A stretch of 64,000 nucleotides of DNA, taken from NCBI GenBank assembly GCA_041396725.1, contig JAWKYA010000002.1, forward strand, positions 52,650 to 116,649. Reading direction: 5' to 3'. The notes under the pieces were generated by a model. That model had not been told where the DNA came from. It did not search any database and was given only the letters and a program-made list of their open reading frames with translations. The DNA is from Alphaproteobacteria bacterium (GTDB taxonomy: Bacteria; Pseudomonadota; Alphaproteobacteria; JAWKYA01). Positions 21,361 through 31,705 of this stretch are shown one piece after another. Made by a program: the position numbers and the translations under genes. Position 1 is the first letter of the stretch. Every line of letters begins with the position of its first letter.

Positions 21361-21608
21361 TCTACCAGCTGTTAGCTCTGTCCCGTTTTTCTTTACCCAT
21401 ATTAATCACATTGATAATAGCGCCCTCCTGAACGCTGGATTTGAAGTCTTCGAATCGAAGGGTTTTTATTGCAGGAAAACTCGAAATTTCAAATCAAAGT
21501 ACAGAGACTGCTTATATTTCCCACGCACGACCATCTACAACCCATATATCGAGCGGTGAGGGATACGCAGTACGCGCGGGATATAGAGATATGGGCCATA
21601 CGAATATG

Positions 21609-21642
21609 TCATATATCATATGATTAATCATATGATATATGA
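21609..21642. repeat. perfect 34-bp AT-rich palindrome (TCATATATCATATGATTAATCATATGATATATGA)
   Basis: Each position i is complementary to position 35-i across all 17 pairs (checked by hand). It lies in a 490-bp intergenic region between the DUF3553 gene and mobA. Confidence 0.9.
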
Positions 21643-21850
21643 ATATAATATATCCTCAAGTCCCATTTTATCGAGGCTTTATAAGAATAACCGCCGGCGC
21701 AGAAGACTATCTTCTTGCGCACCATCCGATTCTTTCCAAATAGCACCCTAGTTTAGTGCACGACACTAATCTCCAGGAAGATTGCCTGGTAATGGTTGTC
21801 AGTCTCAGAGCTAGAGGGATGCTTGAGATCATTTGAACAGGATATATTGG

Positions 21851-22471
21851 TTATTCAACATGCCCCGCCGTAAAACTTCGAGCAGCGCGCATTAAATCAC
21901 GCTGTGTGTTAATATTAAAAAAGGGGTCGATTTTGCTGACAGGAAACTCAACTATGACCGGCTTATAGTTCTGAGCCCAGGTAACGACTTTACGAACATT
22001 CCCGTGCACCAGAGCCTTATAAAGATCGGCCTTAAGATGTATGGACCATAATCCAACGGTTGCATGAACCTTCCCTTTGGATGCAGCCAACACAATCTGT
22101 GTTTGCGAGCCTTTCGCTTCACAAAGCCGCCGGCAGAGATCCTTGGGAAGAAAGGGCGTGTCGCTGGGAACTGTTACAATATAAGAAACTGCAGGCGATA
22201 GCGTATGCGCCCATTCCATTCCGGACAAAATCCCTGCTAAGGGTCCTAGGTGACCAGGGATCGTATCTGCGATAAAAGGCAATAAAAATTCTGTAAGCTG
22301 AGGGTAATCCCCATTTATATTGAGAGCTAAGTGATCTATCTGAGACTTAAGACAGTCGATTGCATAGGCAATCAGGGGTTTATCCGCACATATTTTGAGA
22401 AATTTATCTTCGCCCCCCATACGATGGGATAAACCGCCAGCTAAAATGACACCGGCAAGGCGAGAACTCAC
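21851..22471 (-). CDS. mobA: molybdenum cofactor guanylyltransferase
   Basis: Contains GVILAGGLSHRMGGEDK and the MobA fold, in about 200 aa. Confidence 0.85.
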   Translation of the reverse strand: MSSRLAGVILAGGLSHRMGGEDKFLKICADKPLIAYAIDCLKSQIDHLALNINGDYPQLTEFLLPFIADTIPGHLGPLAGILSGMEWAHTLSPAVSYIVTVPSDTPFLPKDLCRRLCEAKGSQTQIVLAASKGKVHATVGLWSIHLKADLYKALVHGNVRKVVTWAQNYKPVIVEFPVSKIDPFFNINTQRDLMRAARSFTAGHVE

Positions 22472-23427
22472 CCTACGGCCTCTGACGATCGTTCGCGTGC
22501 CGCCTCATCTAAATCTGCCCAGTGACGGACACAGTTTCGGCCCGCCGCCTTTGCCTGATAAAGCGCTCGATCAGCTCGTTCCATGACTTCTTTTATTTCA
22601 AGAGAAGGCTCCATCGTCGCGAGGCCAAAACTTGCAGTAACGATAAGTTCAAGATTAGGTGAAATAATGATCGGTGCTTCAGCCAGCCTCTCCCGCAAGC
22701 GCTCGGCGATAACACGTGCCTGCAACATCCCAGCGTTAGGAAGACAAATTAAAAACTCTTCACCTCCGTAACGGAAGACGGAGTCGTACGGCCTTAAGCC
22801 AGAAAGTACACGGTTGGCGACTTCTGCAAGAACCTGGTCGCCTACGCCATGACCGTAGGTATCATTAATTCCTTTGAACAAATCGATATCTGTCAAACAA
22901 AGTGTGCATGGCTGACCTGTGCGCATGAACCGTTCCCGCTCACGCTCAAGCTCTTCCATCATTGCACGCCGATTATATACACCTGTTAAATGATAGATAT
23001 CCGAAAAAGCGACACGCAGCGTATCGGCAATCTGTCGGGCTTGACCCGTAAAGGCATTAAACCGCTGCATCAACAAATCGTAATCCTGCATCGATATGGT
23101 TTGACCATTCACCAGACGTAGCGCAAGATCACGGCCAATTGCATACAGTTTGCGGTGCATCTTAGCCAAGGCATAGAAAGCAACCTGATCTACCATGTTG
23201 CGATTACGTCGGTACTCGTACCAAGCCCCAAACCTGGACATGAGATGGCCGTCTTGCGCTAAAACCGTTGCTGGAGGTTCAAGCCGACAGATTGCTGCGC
23301 GGTGCCAGGCCTCTAGCCACGCCATAATCTCGATCTGAACGGCCTCTAGTTCGTCAATGATCTCCCGAGCAATTTCGGGGCGTACAAACTGCGTTGCATC
23401 CGTTGCAACAGGATTGATGTTAGCCAT
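22468..23427 (-). CDS. diguanylate cyclase (GGDEF domain) with an uncharacterised N-terminal domain
   Basis: C-terminal GGDEF domain with an RYGGEEF active site and an I-site-like RxxD. The N-terminal ~150 aa is not recognisable. Confidence 0.85.
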   Translation of the reverse strand: MANINPVATDATQFVRPEIAREIIDELEAVQIEIMAWLEAWHRAAICRLEPPATVLAQDGHLMSRFGAWYEYRRNRNMVDQVAFYALAKMHRKLYAIGRDLALRLVNGQTISMQDYDLLMQRFNAFTGQARQIADTLRVAFSDIYHLTGVYNRRAMMEELERERERFMRTGQPCTLCLTDIDLFKGINDTYGHGVGDQVLAEVANRVLSGLRPYDSVFRYGGEEFLICLPNAGMLQARVIAERLRERLAEAPIIISPNLELIVTASFGLATMEPSLEIKEVMERADRALYQAKAAGRNCVRHWADLDEAARERSSEAVG

Positions 23428-23651
23428 GGTTAGAAAGTTTCTGGGGCAAAACGCATCCTAAAACCTACGATTGCTATACGACATACCCCTATGGGGCTAA
23501 AGGAAGAAACTAATGTTACAAAGCTTTTCAAGAGCTTAAAATACTTACCTTAAATTTTTAGATTTTTCTATTCGAGCGATAAAAGGTTGTAAAAATTGAA
23601 TAATTTATCACATAACACACAGAAAAACTCTTTTTACGAGTAGAGAACCTT

Positions 23652-24713
23652 TTGCCGATGCGTTCTCATAAAAGGATGTCTATCATGTTTGATGTAGGTG
23701 CCATGGCTTCTTTTGAACCACTGATCGATCCTTTCGGCCGTAGGATTAGCTATCTGCGCGTTTCTGTAACAGACCGCTGCGATTTTCGCTGTGTCTATTG
23801 CATGGCGGAGGATATGACCTTTCTGCCTAAAGCAGAGATCCTTAGCCTTGAAGAGCTCGATAGACTCTGCACAGCCTTCATTGCGCACGGTGTCCGTAAG
23901 CTTCGTTTAACAGGTGGCGAACCCTTAGTTCGCCGCAATGTGATGGATCTTATTCAAAATTTAGGCCGGCATCTGACATCGGGCGATTTGGATGAGCTGA
24001 CCTTAACCACCAATGGAAGCCAACTTGCACAACATGCAGATAACCTCATTAAGGCAGGGGTACGCCGTATCAATATCTCTCTAGATACGCTTAACCCTGC
24101 AAAGTTCACAGCTATTACACGATGGGGGCAACTGACAAAGGTGTTGAATGGCCTCCAAGCGGCGAAAGAAGCTGGGTTAGCCATAAAATTGAATATGGTG
24201 GCACTCAAAGACATTAACGATGATGAATTCGACACCATGATAAAGTTCTGTGGTGCTCAGGGATTTGATCTCACTTTGATTGAAGTGATGCCCATGGGCG
24301 ATATTGGTAGTGAAAATCGCATCGCACAGTACTTACCTCTCTCCCAGATACGCTGCGATCTTGAGAGGCGCTGGCACCTGACAGACCTTAACGAGCAATC
24401 AGGAGGGCCCGCTCGATACGTGAGAATTGAAGAGACAGGCGGAAAGCTCGGTTTTATTACCCCGCTAACCCATAATTTCTGCGAAGGCTGCAATCGTGTT
24501 CGTTTAACCTGTACGGGGACCCTTTATATGTGCTTAGGACAAGAGGCTTCCGTTGATCTACGCACACCTTTGCGCGCATCCTCGGATGATATGCTGCTCC
24601 ATACCGCTATCAAAAAAGCGATCTATCACAAACCTAAGGGTCATGATTTTATTATTGATCGTCATCACCAAGCCCCTGCTGTCGCACGGCATATGAATGT
24701 CACGGGTGGCTAA
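23652..24713 (+). CDS. moaA: GTP 3',8-cyclase (molybdenum cofactor biosynthesis protein A)
   Basis: Radical-SAM CDFRCVYC motif, C-terminal [18 protein letters not shown] cluster, and a GG tail. The start could instead be an internal ATG (23676 or 23685). Confidence 0.9.
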   Translation: MPMRSHKRMSIMFDVGAMASFEPLIDPFGRRISYLRVSVTDRCDFRCVYCMAEDMTFLPKAEILSLEELDRLCTAFIAHGVRKLRLTGGEPLVRRNVMDLIQNLGRHLTSGDLDELTLTTNGSQLAQHADNLIKAGVRRINISLDTLNPAKFTAITRWGQLTKVLNGLQAAKEAGLAIKLNMVALKDINDDEFDTMIKFCGAQGFDLTLIEVMPMGDIGSENRIAQYLPLSQIRCDLERRWHLTDLNEQSGGPARYVRIEETGGKLGFITPLTHNFCEGCNRVRLTCTGTLYMCLGQEASVDLRTPLRASSDDMLLHTAIKKAIYHKPKGHDFIIDRHHQAPAVARHMNVTGG

Positions 24714-24787
24714 GACCATAACTTGCTATGCTCTACCCCTTCCCCTATCCTAGGGGACTTTCAATTCTATAACCTCATTCGATACTG

Positions 24788-25552
24788 ATGATTCACTCCA
24801 TCGCTTTCCTCGCCAGCAGTCATCCCGCTGCACAAGCTGCTTTGCCTCAACTTGTGCAACGCTATGGCTGCATCGCACCGGAAAAAGCTGAGGCGATCGT
24901 GGCCCTAGGTGGGGATGGATTTATGCTCGAGACTCTTCATCGCTATATGGGGAATGGCATTCCTATCTATGGAATGAACCGGGGCACTGTTGGTTTTCTA
25001 ATGAATACGTTTAATCTCGAAAATCTGAATGAACGTGTGACAGCGGCTATACCTATTAAGCTGTATCCTCTTTGTATGACGGCAACAACCCTTTCCGGAT
25101 CTCAGCATTCAGCCCTTGCTATCAATGAAGTTTCTCTCTTGCGCCAAACGCGACAGGCAGCGCATATCCGAATTGCTGTCGATAGCAAGGAGCGATTACC
25201 CTTATTAATCTGCGATGGGGTCATGGTGGCAACGGCTGCCGGTAGTACTGCTTATAACCTTTCCGCACACGGCCCGATTATTCCTGTTGATGCCAAGCTC
25301 CTTGCCTTGACACCGATCAGCGCTTTTCGCCCACGCCATTGGCGCGGCGCTCTACTACCACATCGTGTCTCGGTAACCTTAACCGTCTTGGAGCCAACTC
25401 TCCGACCGGTTAGCGCAACCGCCGATTTTGTTGAGATTCGTGATGTGGTTGAGGTTGCTATTAAAGAGGATGCATCTGCTGAATGCACTTTACTTTTTGA
25501 TTCCGAGCATAATTTCGAAGAGCGCATCTTAAATGAACAATTTATTCATTGA
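24788..25552 (+). CDS. nadK: NAD(+) kinase
   Basis: Contains the GGDGFML motif, with NRGTVGFL and a C-terminal beta-sandwich pattern typical of NadK/PpnK. Confidence 0.85.
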   Translation: MIHSIAFLASSHPAAQAALPQLVQRYGCIAPEKAEAIVALGGDGFMLETLHRYMGNGIPIYGMNRGTVGFLMNTFNLENLNERVTAAIPIKLYPLCMTATTLSGSQHSALAINEVSLLRQTRQAAHIRIAVDSKERLPLLICDGVMVATAAGSTAYNLSAHGPIIPVDAKLLALTPISAFRPRHWRGALLPHRVSVTLTVLEPTLRPVSATADFVEIRDVVEVAIKEDASAECTLLFDSEHNFEERILNEQFIH

Positions 25553-25589
25553 TGCAATTTTCATTACCCTTACCTAGATAGCTGGGCGC

Positions 25590-26240
25590 ATGAGCATCAA
25601 TCCTTCCGGAACATCTCCCGCGAACCCACCGATATTTAACCTCCCACGATCAGTTATTATCCTCATCGTTATAAATTTTGGAGTCTTTATCACCTTGCGA
25701 CTTTTGCCGGCAGCGGAGGCAGAGGGTTTACTGTTGAGCCTTGCTTTAATCCCAGCACGCGACAGTACCTTTTCCCTTGCAAGTGTACCTCCATTTCTTA
25801 CTCACGCCTTTACCCATTATGAGGGTACGCATCTTCTGATAAATATGGCATTTCTTGCCGCAGTCGGATCGGGGGTGCAACGTCGGCTTGGCACACTGCG
25901 ATTCATTATTTTCTACCTATTATGTGCCTTCGCTGGCGCCATAACACAGCTTGCCGTTACACCCGATTTAAATGCTCCCGTTATCGGAGCTTCGGCCGCC
26001 GTTTCTGGTCTCGTTGGAGCGATTGTGCGATTTGCCGTGCGTCACGATCAGCGATTTATGTTTGTCGTCCTGTGGCTGGGAGTTAATCTCATCTTTGGCT
26101 CAACGGCTCCAGCTATATTTGATCTTGATGTTTCTGTTGCTTGGGAAGCTCATATGGGTGGATTTTTTGTAGGCCTCATTTTATTCCCTATCTTCGATCC
26201 CTTACGTCAGCCACCTCCAAGCGTCAAAAGCGGTCCATAA
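25590..26240 (+). CDS. rhomboid family intramembrane serine protease
   Basis: Six TM segments. The catalytic Ser sits in GASAAVSG and the His in AHMGGFFVG. Confidence 0.75.
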   Translation: MSINPSGTSPANPPIFNLPRSVIILIVINFGVFITLRLLPAAEAEGLLLSLALIPARDSTFSLASVPPFLTHAFTHYEGTHLLINMAFLAAVGSGVQRRLGTLRFIIFYLLCAFAGAITQLAVTPDLNAPVIGASAAVSGLVGAIVRFAVRHDQRFMFVVLWLGVNLIFGSTAPAIFDLDVSVAWEAHMGGFFVGLILFPIFDPLRQPPPSVKSGP

Positions 26241-27075
26241 AGATCAGGTCGACGATCCCGGAAAACCCCCCAGCTCGCGCGTTGCGATCGGATCGCATCA
26301 AGATCAAAACTTGCTGTAATGACAGCCTCTTCAATCTGCCCTGCTTCTATTCGTTTTTCCCCAGTCGGGCCGGCGATAAAACTATGACCATAGAAGGTCA
26401 CTTCTGTCTCTATACCTTCCTCGCGGCCAACTCGGTTGCTCGCTACAAGCGGGATTAGATTAGCACCTGCATGCCCTTGCATAACCCGTTGCCAATGATC
26501 TTTAGAAAACAAACTTGGATCTTGAGGGCTTAGAACCAATCGCCGATAGGACCAACGAGGATCTCGGCGCCATTCAAAGTTAAACATCGCGCCGCCTCCG
26601 GGAACCACTGATCCCAGCATACCGCAGCGCCGAGCATCGCATAGCGCGTTTGGAAAACTTTAAATCCCGTATCCCCTGGACTAAAATAATATTTTTCTTG
26701 ATAGCCAGGTCCATCTGGGATGTGGCTTTTGCGGTAAAGCCCCACCATTTTCCCATCAGCATCAAAGATAGCCAAGCTATTGAAATAGGCATTGCGCGCT
26801 TTCTCAAAAAAACTAATAGGAAGCACGACGCCGAGTTTTGCCGCTAGATTCGAGAAACGCTCCAATATGGGATTATCTTCAACAGGTCGTGCCCATTTAA
26901 AAAATTCAGACCTTTGATCCTTACAGAAATAAGGTGTTTCAAAGAGCTCTTGCAGCAGGATAATTTGCGCCCCCGCCTCAGCTGCTTGGCGCACAAGATC
27001 CTCGGCGCATTTAAGATTGCCTTCATGATTGGGCGTGCACGCGAATTGGGTAGCCGCAAGGGTAACAACAGTCAT
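26207..27075 (-). pseudogene. aguB: N-carbamoylputrescine amidase, split by one frameshift near 26530-26620
   Basis: ORF 26530-27075 is the N-terminal CN-hydrolase part (IILLQELFETPYFC...VCWDQWFPEAAR). ORF 26207-26620 is the C-terminal part (DHWQRVMQGHAGANL...FYGHSFIAGPTGE...RDRRPDLY) in another frame. Together they make one ~290-aa AguB. Confidence 0.7.
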
Positions 27076-28205
27076 GACAATTCCTTCAAGAGATTATCAA
27101 TGCCTCGGGGCATCTGTTGGGTAATGCAGTGAATACCTCCTCCACCCTCTACGATAGCCTGGGCTGGCACTTGGACAATCTGCCGATCTGGACAAGCGCG
27201 CTGAAGCTTTTGATAAGCAGCAGCATCGGTGGCATCATCAAAGGATGGCAGAATAATACCGCCATTCGCAAAATAAAAATTAATATAGGATAAAGCTAAG
27301 CGGCGGCCATTTTGACCAATTCGACACGGTGGTTGTAAGAGTCGGATAATATCAAAAGCACGGCCTTTAGCATCCTTTGTTTTCTCAAGATAATCAATGT
27401 TAGCTTTCAATGCTTCATAATTGCCGTCAGTTTCATCATCCGTATCCAGTACGGCTACAACCCCAGGCGCGAGAAAACAAGCGACATTATCAACATGACC
27501 ATCCGTTTCGTCGTCTTCTAAACTACCAGGCAACCAAACAACCTTTTCTACCCCAATATAATCTCGCAAATATTTTTCCATAGCTTGCCGGGATAGGTTC
27601 GGATTGCGGTTTGAATTTAGCAAAACCGAAGATGTTGCAAGACAAGTTCCCTCCCCATCGACATGGATTGCACCGCCCTCCATAACAAAAGGCGCGGCAT
27701 AACGGGGGATCTTTAGTGAAGAAAGTAAACGACGCGCCATAACAGCATCAGCAGAAAAATCAGAGTAGTTTCTGCCCCAGGCGTTAAATTGCCAATCAAC
27801 ACCCGCAAGATTTCCATGATTGTTGATTATAAACGTAGGGCCTATATCCCGGGTCCAGCTATCGGTCAGCACCATCGGCGTCACAGAAATTCCTGGACCA
27901 CAAATCTGGGATGCCTCTGCTACCTGAGCAGGATTAGCCAGCATCGTAACCGGCTCGAAGATGGCAATCGCTCTAGCGATTTCAGCAAAGGCTGAGTACG
28001 CCGCTTGACGCCTTTCTGAGGTCGCGATGCCGAACGTTCCTTCATGGCATGGCCAAGCCATAAAACATCGCTGATGGAGGGCCCATTCAGGGGGCATGAC
28101 ATAACCATCAGCGGAAGGCACACCAGATCGAGGTGGCGGACCTTGCTCGGCATCGCCATCCCAATTTCCACCTAAAATCAACATAAGCTCCAGTAAAAGA
28201 GCCAT
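27072..28205 (-). CDS. aguA: agmatine deiminase
   Basis: Member of the porphyromonas-type peptidylarginine deiminase family (MPPEWALH...WTRDIGPTFI...DGHVDNVACF...GGGGIHCITQQ). Confidence 0.85.
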   Translation of the reverse strand: MALLLELMLILGGNWDGDAEQGPPPRSGVPSADGYVMPPEWALHQRCFMAWPCHEGTFGIATSERRQAAYSAFAEIARAIAIFEPVTMLANPAQVAEASQICGPGISVTPMVLTDSWTRDIGPTFIINNHGNLAGVDWQFNAWGRNYSDFSADAVMARRLLSSLKIPRYAAPFVMEGGAIHVDGEGTCLATSSVLLNSNRNPNLSRQAMEKYLRDYIGVEKVVWLPGSLEDDETDGHVDNVACFLAPGVVAVLDTDDETDGNYEALKANIDYLEKTKDAKGRAFDIIRLLQPPCRIGQNGRRLALSYINFYFANGGIILPSFDDATDAAAYQKLQRACPDRQIVQVPAQAIVEGGGGIHCITQQMPRGIDNLLKELS

Positions 28206-28213
28206 CTGCCCGA

Positions 28214-29332
28214 CTATAAACGCAAAGCTTCCTCTGGTGGGACATAAGCAAGTTTATGCGCCTCCGCGACGGCTTTATAAGTGATATGTCCCTCGTGAAC
28301 ATTGAGACCATTTAGCAAATGCCGGTTTTCAGTCAATGCAACCCGATACCCTTTATTGGCCAGCGCTAAGGTAAAGGGAAGTGTCGCATTGTTTAAAGCT
28401 ACAGTTGAAGTTTTAGCCACTGCCCCTGGCATGTTTGCAACACAATAGTGAACTACACCGTCGATGTTATAAGTAGGATTGGCATGAGTGGTCGGACGGG
28501 AAGTTTCAAAACATCCACCTTGATCGATAGCGACATCCACTAAGACCGAGCCACGCTTCATCCGTTTAATCATATCACGGGTTACCAACTTGGGCGCAGC
28601 AGCGCCCGGCACCAAAACTGCACCAATAACGAGATCGGCTGCCAAAACCTGTTCTTCGATGGACTCAACTGTCGAATAAAGAGTGTCTAAGCGGGCGCCG
28701 AACAATTCATCAAGTTGAGCTAGGCGCGATAAGGACTTGTCAATGACCGTTACTTGAGCCTCCATCCCAATTGCCATACGCAAGGCATTAGTACCAACAA
28801 CGCCACCGCCGATCACCACGACCTTCGCCGATGGTACGCCAGGAACACCTCCTAACAATACGCCAGCGCCACCTTGTGCTTTTTCCAAGCAATGGGCACC
28901 GGCTTGGATCGACATGCGGCCTGCAACTTCGCTCATCGGTGCAAGAAGTGGCAACCCACCTCGAAGATCCGTTACAGTTTCATAGGCAATAGCCGTCGCA
29001 CCACTATCGATGAGATCTCGAGTTTGATCTAAATCTGGTGCCAAATGTAGGTAAGTAAATAAAACTTGGCCCTTGCGAAGCATTTTGCGCTCTACCGCTT
29101 GTGGCTCTTTAACCTTTACAATCATTTCTGCGCGCGCCCAAATATCTTTAGCTTGATCAACAATTTCCGCACCCGCCGCCCGATATCGTTCATCATCAAA
29201 ACCAATGGCCGTACCTGCACCTGCTTCAATAAGAGTGCGGTGACCATGATGAATCAATTCACGGACGCTCGTTGGGGTTAAGCCCACACGGTATTCTTGA
29301 TCTTTGATTTCGCGAGGGACGCCGATTAGCAT
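28214..29332 (-). CDS. ald: alanine dehydrogenase
   Basis: Starts MLIGVPREIKDQEYRVGLTP, with the NAD-binding motif VVVIGGGVVG, in 372 aa. This is closer to Ald than to PntA. Confidence 0.85.
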   Translation of the reverse strand: MLIGVPREIKDQEYRVGLTPTSVRELIHHGHRTLIEAGAGTAIGFDDERYRAAGAEIVDQAKDIWARAEMIVKVKEPQAVERKMLRKGQVLFTYLHLAPDLDQTRDLIDSGATAIAYETVTDLRGGLPLLAPMSEVAGRMSIQAGAHCLEKAQGGAGVLLGGVPGVPSAKVVVIGGGVVGTNALRMAIGMEAQVTVIDKSLSRLAQLDELFGARLDTLYSTVESIEEQVLAADLVIGAVLVPGAAAPKLVTRDMIKRMKRGSVLVDVAIDQGGCFETSRPTTHANPTYNIDGVVHYCVANMPGAVAKTSTVALNNATLPFTLALANKGYRVALTENRHLLNGLNVHEGHITYKAVAEAHKLAYVPPEEALRL

Positions 29333-29394
29333 ATTCTTCTCCTAATAAACTTGGTCGACTACGGAGTAGTCGTAGGTAAAATAATTTTAAGCGC

Positions 29395-29520
29395 TGATAC
29401 AATAAGGGACCATGCGCCCCATAGAACTAAACCACCCCCGATCAGGATACCAATAAAAATCTTCAGAAGAAGCATAGGATCGATTAACCGGCGGTGCGGT
29501 ACTTTTTGCGATTCCATAAT
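29395..29520 (-). CDS. hypothetical small membrane protein (~41 aa)
   Basis: Short ORF below the 60-aa track cutoff, translating MESQKVPHRRLIDPMLLLKIFIGILIGGGLVLWGAWSLIVSA. It has a single TM helix. This is a speculative call. Confidence 0.2.
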
Positions 29521-29759
29521 ACCCTCTTTATTGATCAGTTATCCTTGATGCCCCTAAATACCCTACCTTAGGTATCTTACCTAGAATCATTCCTTTGTAC
29601 GACCGAACTTAGGGTTGTTTGTAAAGGTTATGAAAACGCTCTAAAAAAGCTGCTTCGGCGGTCTTTGTTGGCCATGGTACCAAATTAAAAACTGGCAAAA
29701 TAGGAAGCGTACCGAAGCTTTATCCATCCTTGAAGAAAATCCAGCAAAGATGCCGCGCC

Positions 29760-30221
29760 TCAGTGAGGCACCAAACGATCCGCTTGCTTGATGAGACGCT
29801 GGAGAATTTCCGGAGCCGCCGCGGGTAAACCGAATCGCAAAAATATGGCTCGCGATAAACGATGTTCAATCGTCTTATAACCCTGTCCAATAGCCTTTTT
29901 GAAAGGTGTGATAAGATCACTGATAACATATTCCGGTGCATCATGGAGAAGGGTCGTCAGTTGAGCTGACTTCAGAGGTTGAACGCTTAAATAATCAACC
30001 AAATCACAAACCAGAAGAGAATGTTGAGCTACGCTGAATGGGTATGCACCAATAGTTTGACCGTTCCAGCAGGGTATTCTTGCTAAGCCGTGAGCGATAT
30101 CTTCGATCTCTATATCGAGAGGCGACGGATCTAAAAGATCTAATCGTCGCCCACTAAGCATACGCTGCCATGCGCGCTGCGGCTTTTTCTCTATCGGCAT
30201 GTTCCAGAGCCCTGCGGCCAT
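29760..30221 (-). CDS. HD-domain phosphohydrolase (YfbR-like), possibly C-terminally truncated
   Basis: HD motif in YPFSVAQHSLLV...LLHDAPEYVISDLITPFK. At 153 aa it is shorter than typical family members (~190 aa). Confidence 0.5.
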   Translation of the reverse strand: MAAGLWNMPIEKKPQRAWQRMLSGRRLDLLDPSPLDIEIEDIAHGLARIPCWNGQTIGAYPFSVAQHSLLVCDLVDYLSVQPLKSAQLTTLLHDAPEYVISDLITPFKKAIGQGYKTIEHRLSRAIFLRFGLPAAAPEILQRLIKQADRLVPH

Positions 30222-31332
30222 AGTCTAAAAACAAACGTAGCCAAGCGACCATTGCCATTTACATACGGAACTTTGATTGCACCTCGCTCTCCTGCTTGTG
30301 GGTCTAGCGCAAAAAGCTTCTGCGCTTCGGGAATAATACTTGTTTCGCGCACATCTCCATCACCACTCCAAATGACCAGGCACTGCCCTGAGGTTGCGCG
30401 AACAGGTGGTATGTAGTGAGGATAGAGTGCCGACAAAAATCGTGATCCTGGAAACTGAAGCTTTTAAATCTCCGGCGATAAAATAAGGATAGTTATGGGC
30501 ATAGACTGTCCCGCCAACAAACCCTGCTGACCTTAATTGCTGCGCGATCTCATCATAAGGAATATGAAGGGGTGCCCATTTATTAGCACGACAAACCATA
30601 TAAGTGACAGCTAAAGCAATAGGAACGACAAGAGCGAGGCCAAAACCGTATAGATAGGCTTTAAAGGCAGTTTTTATATCCGATATTTTCAATCCGATAA
30701 AAGGCCCACAAGGGTAGCGGAAAAAGCAGAACATATAATGGATGCGCACGCAGGTCGTTCCGTCAGTAGAACCATCGAGACTGTCACAAGAACGACTGCA
30801 TTAGAATACCTACCAATTAAGCGGCCGAGCATTTGGCCTTCGTTCGTAGGTGCGGAGAAAGTTCGGAACAAGCATGCCAAAAGGGGAAGCAAAACCGCAA
30901 ATGGCAAGACAAAGCTTATAACAGCCTCGCCCCAGGCCCTGAGACCCATAAAAGCTTGGGTCAACCACTCCGTATCATTTGCTATCTGAAACTTTTGTAC
31001 CGTAACATCGCCCATGAGAGATCGCTGATCCAACAGCCATAATCCATGAGAGGTGCTATAATAGCGATGGCGATACTGGCGATTACTCAGAACGATGTAT
31101 AGATTGCTGAAGCTTTGGCAGGTAAAGCTTCTCCACAAGGCGACAGCCATAAAACAAACAAGAAAAATCGCGTAATTATATTGGCAAGCAGGCCCAGACC
31201 CATAGCAAATCCTAAGGCAAGGTACCGAGAAAACCGCCGTGTGGTATGAATTTGATAAAATACGTAAATTGTTGCCATTATCGCAGCCAGCAGCATGATA
31301 GAATGGGTGTAGGTGCGTATACTATCAGGCAA
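30191..31332 (-). pseudogene. ArnT/PMT-like membrane glycosyltransferase (GT83/GT39), fragmented into at least 4 frames
   Basis: Four consecutive minus-strand ORFs (31087-31332, 30689-31150, 30360-30749, 30191-30436) in different frames. Each encodes polytopic-membrane segments consistent with one ~480-aa ArnT-like protein, and it lies immediately downstream of a GT2 remnant, as in arnC-arnT pairs. Confidence 0.6.
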
Positions 31333-31705
31333 AATAATAGATTGCGAGTGGGCTAGGGGCTGGCAGCGATAATGAGTTTTTATTTGTAAATACAGTGTGC
31401 GAGGCGATCCTGGAAAAAGAAAATAACACCAAAGAACAAGAACTTTATCAAATAGCGCTCACTGCGGTAATGCCGAAAAAGATGCTCGGAGATAATGACC
31501 AGCCAGGTTGGCAAGACAGGGTTTGGTAGATGATACCCTGCAAGAAATCCCGATTGAGCGAATAAAATCTGTTCGGCATCATCGCACACTAGCGATGGAT
31601 AGGCAAAAGCACGCCAGAGAAAAAATCAAACCAAGATAAAGCGTAAGGAAGCTATAGAAGCCTTTGACGTTAAAGGCGATCAGCCATTGCGATCCAGCCT
31701 TTAGC

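Noticed and set aside
23428-23651. Moco riboswitch upstream of moaA
   Set aside because: The region is AT-rich intergenic sequence, and I could not recognise the conserved Moco RNA motif elements by eye. Alphaproteobacteria rarely carry this motif. Only a covariance-model search (Rfam RF01055) could settle it.
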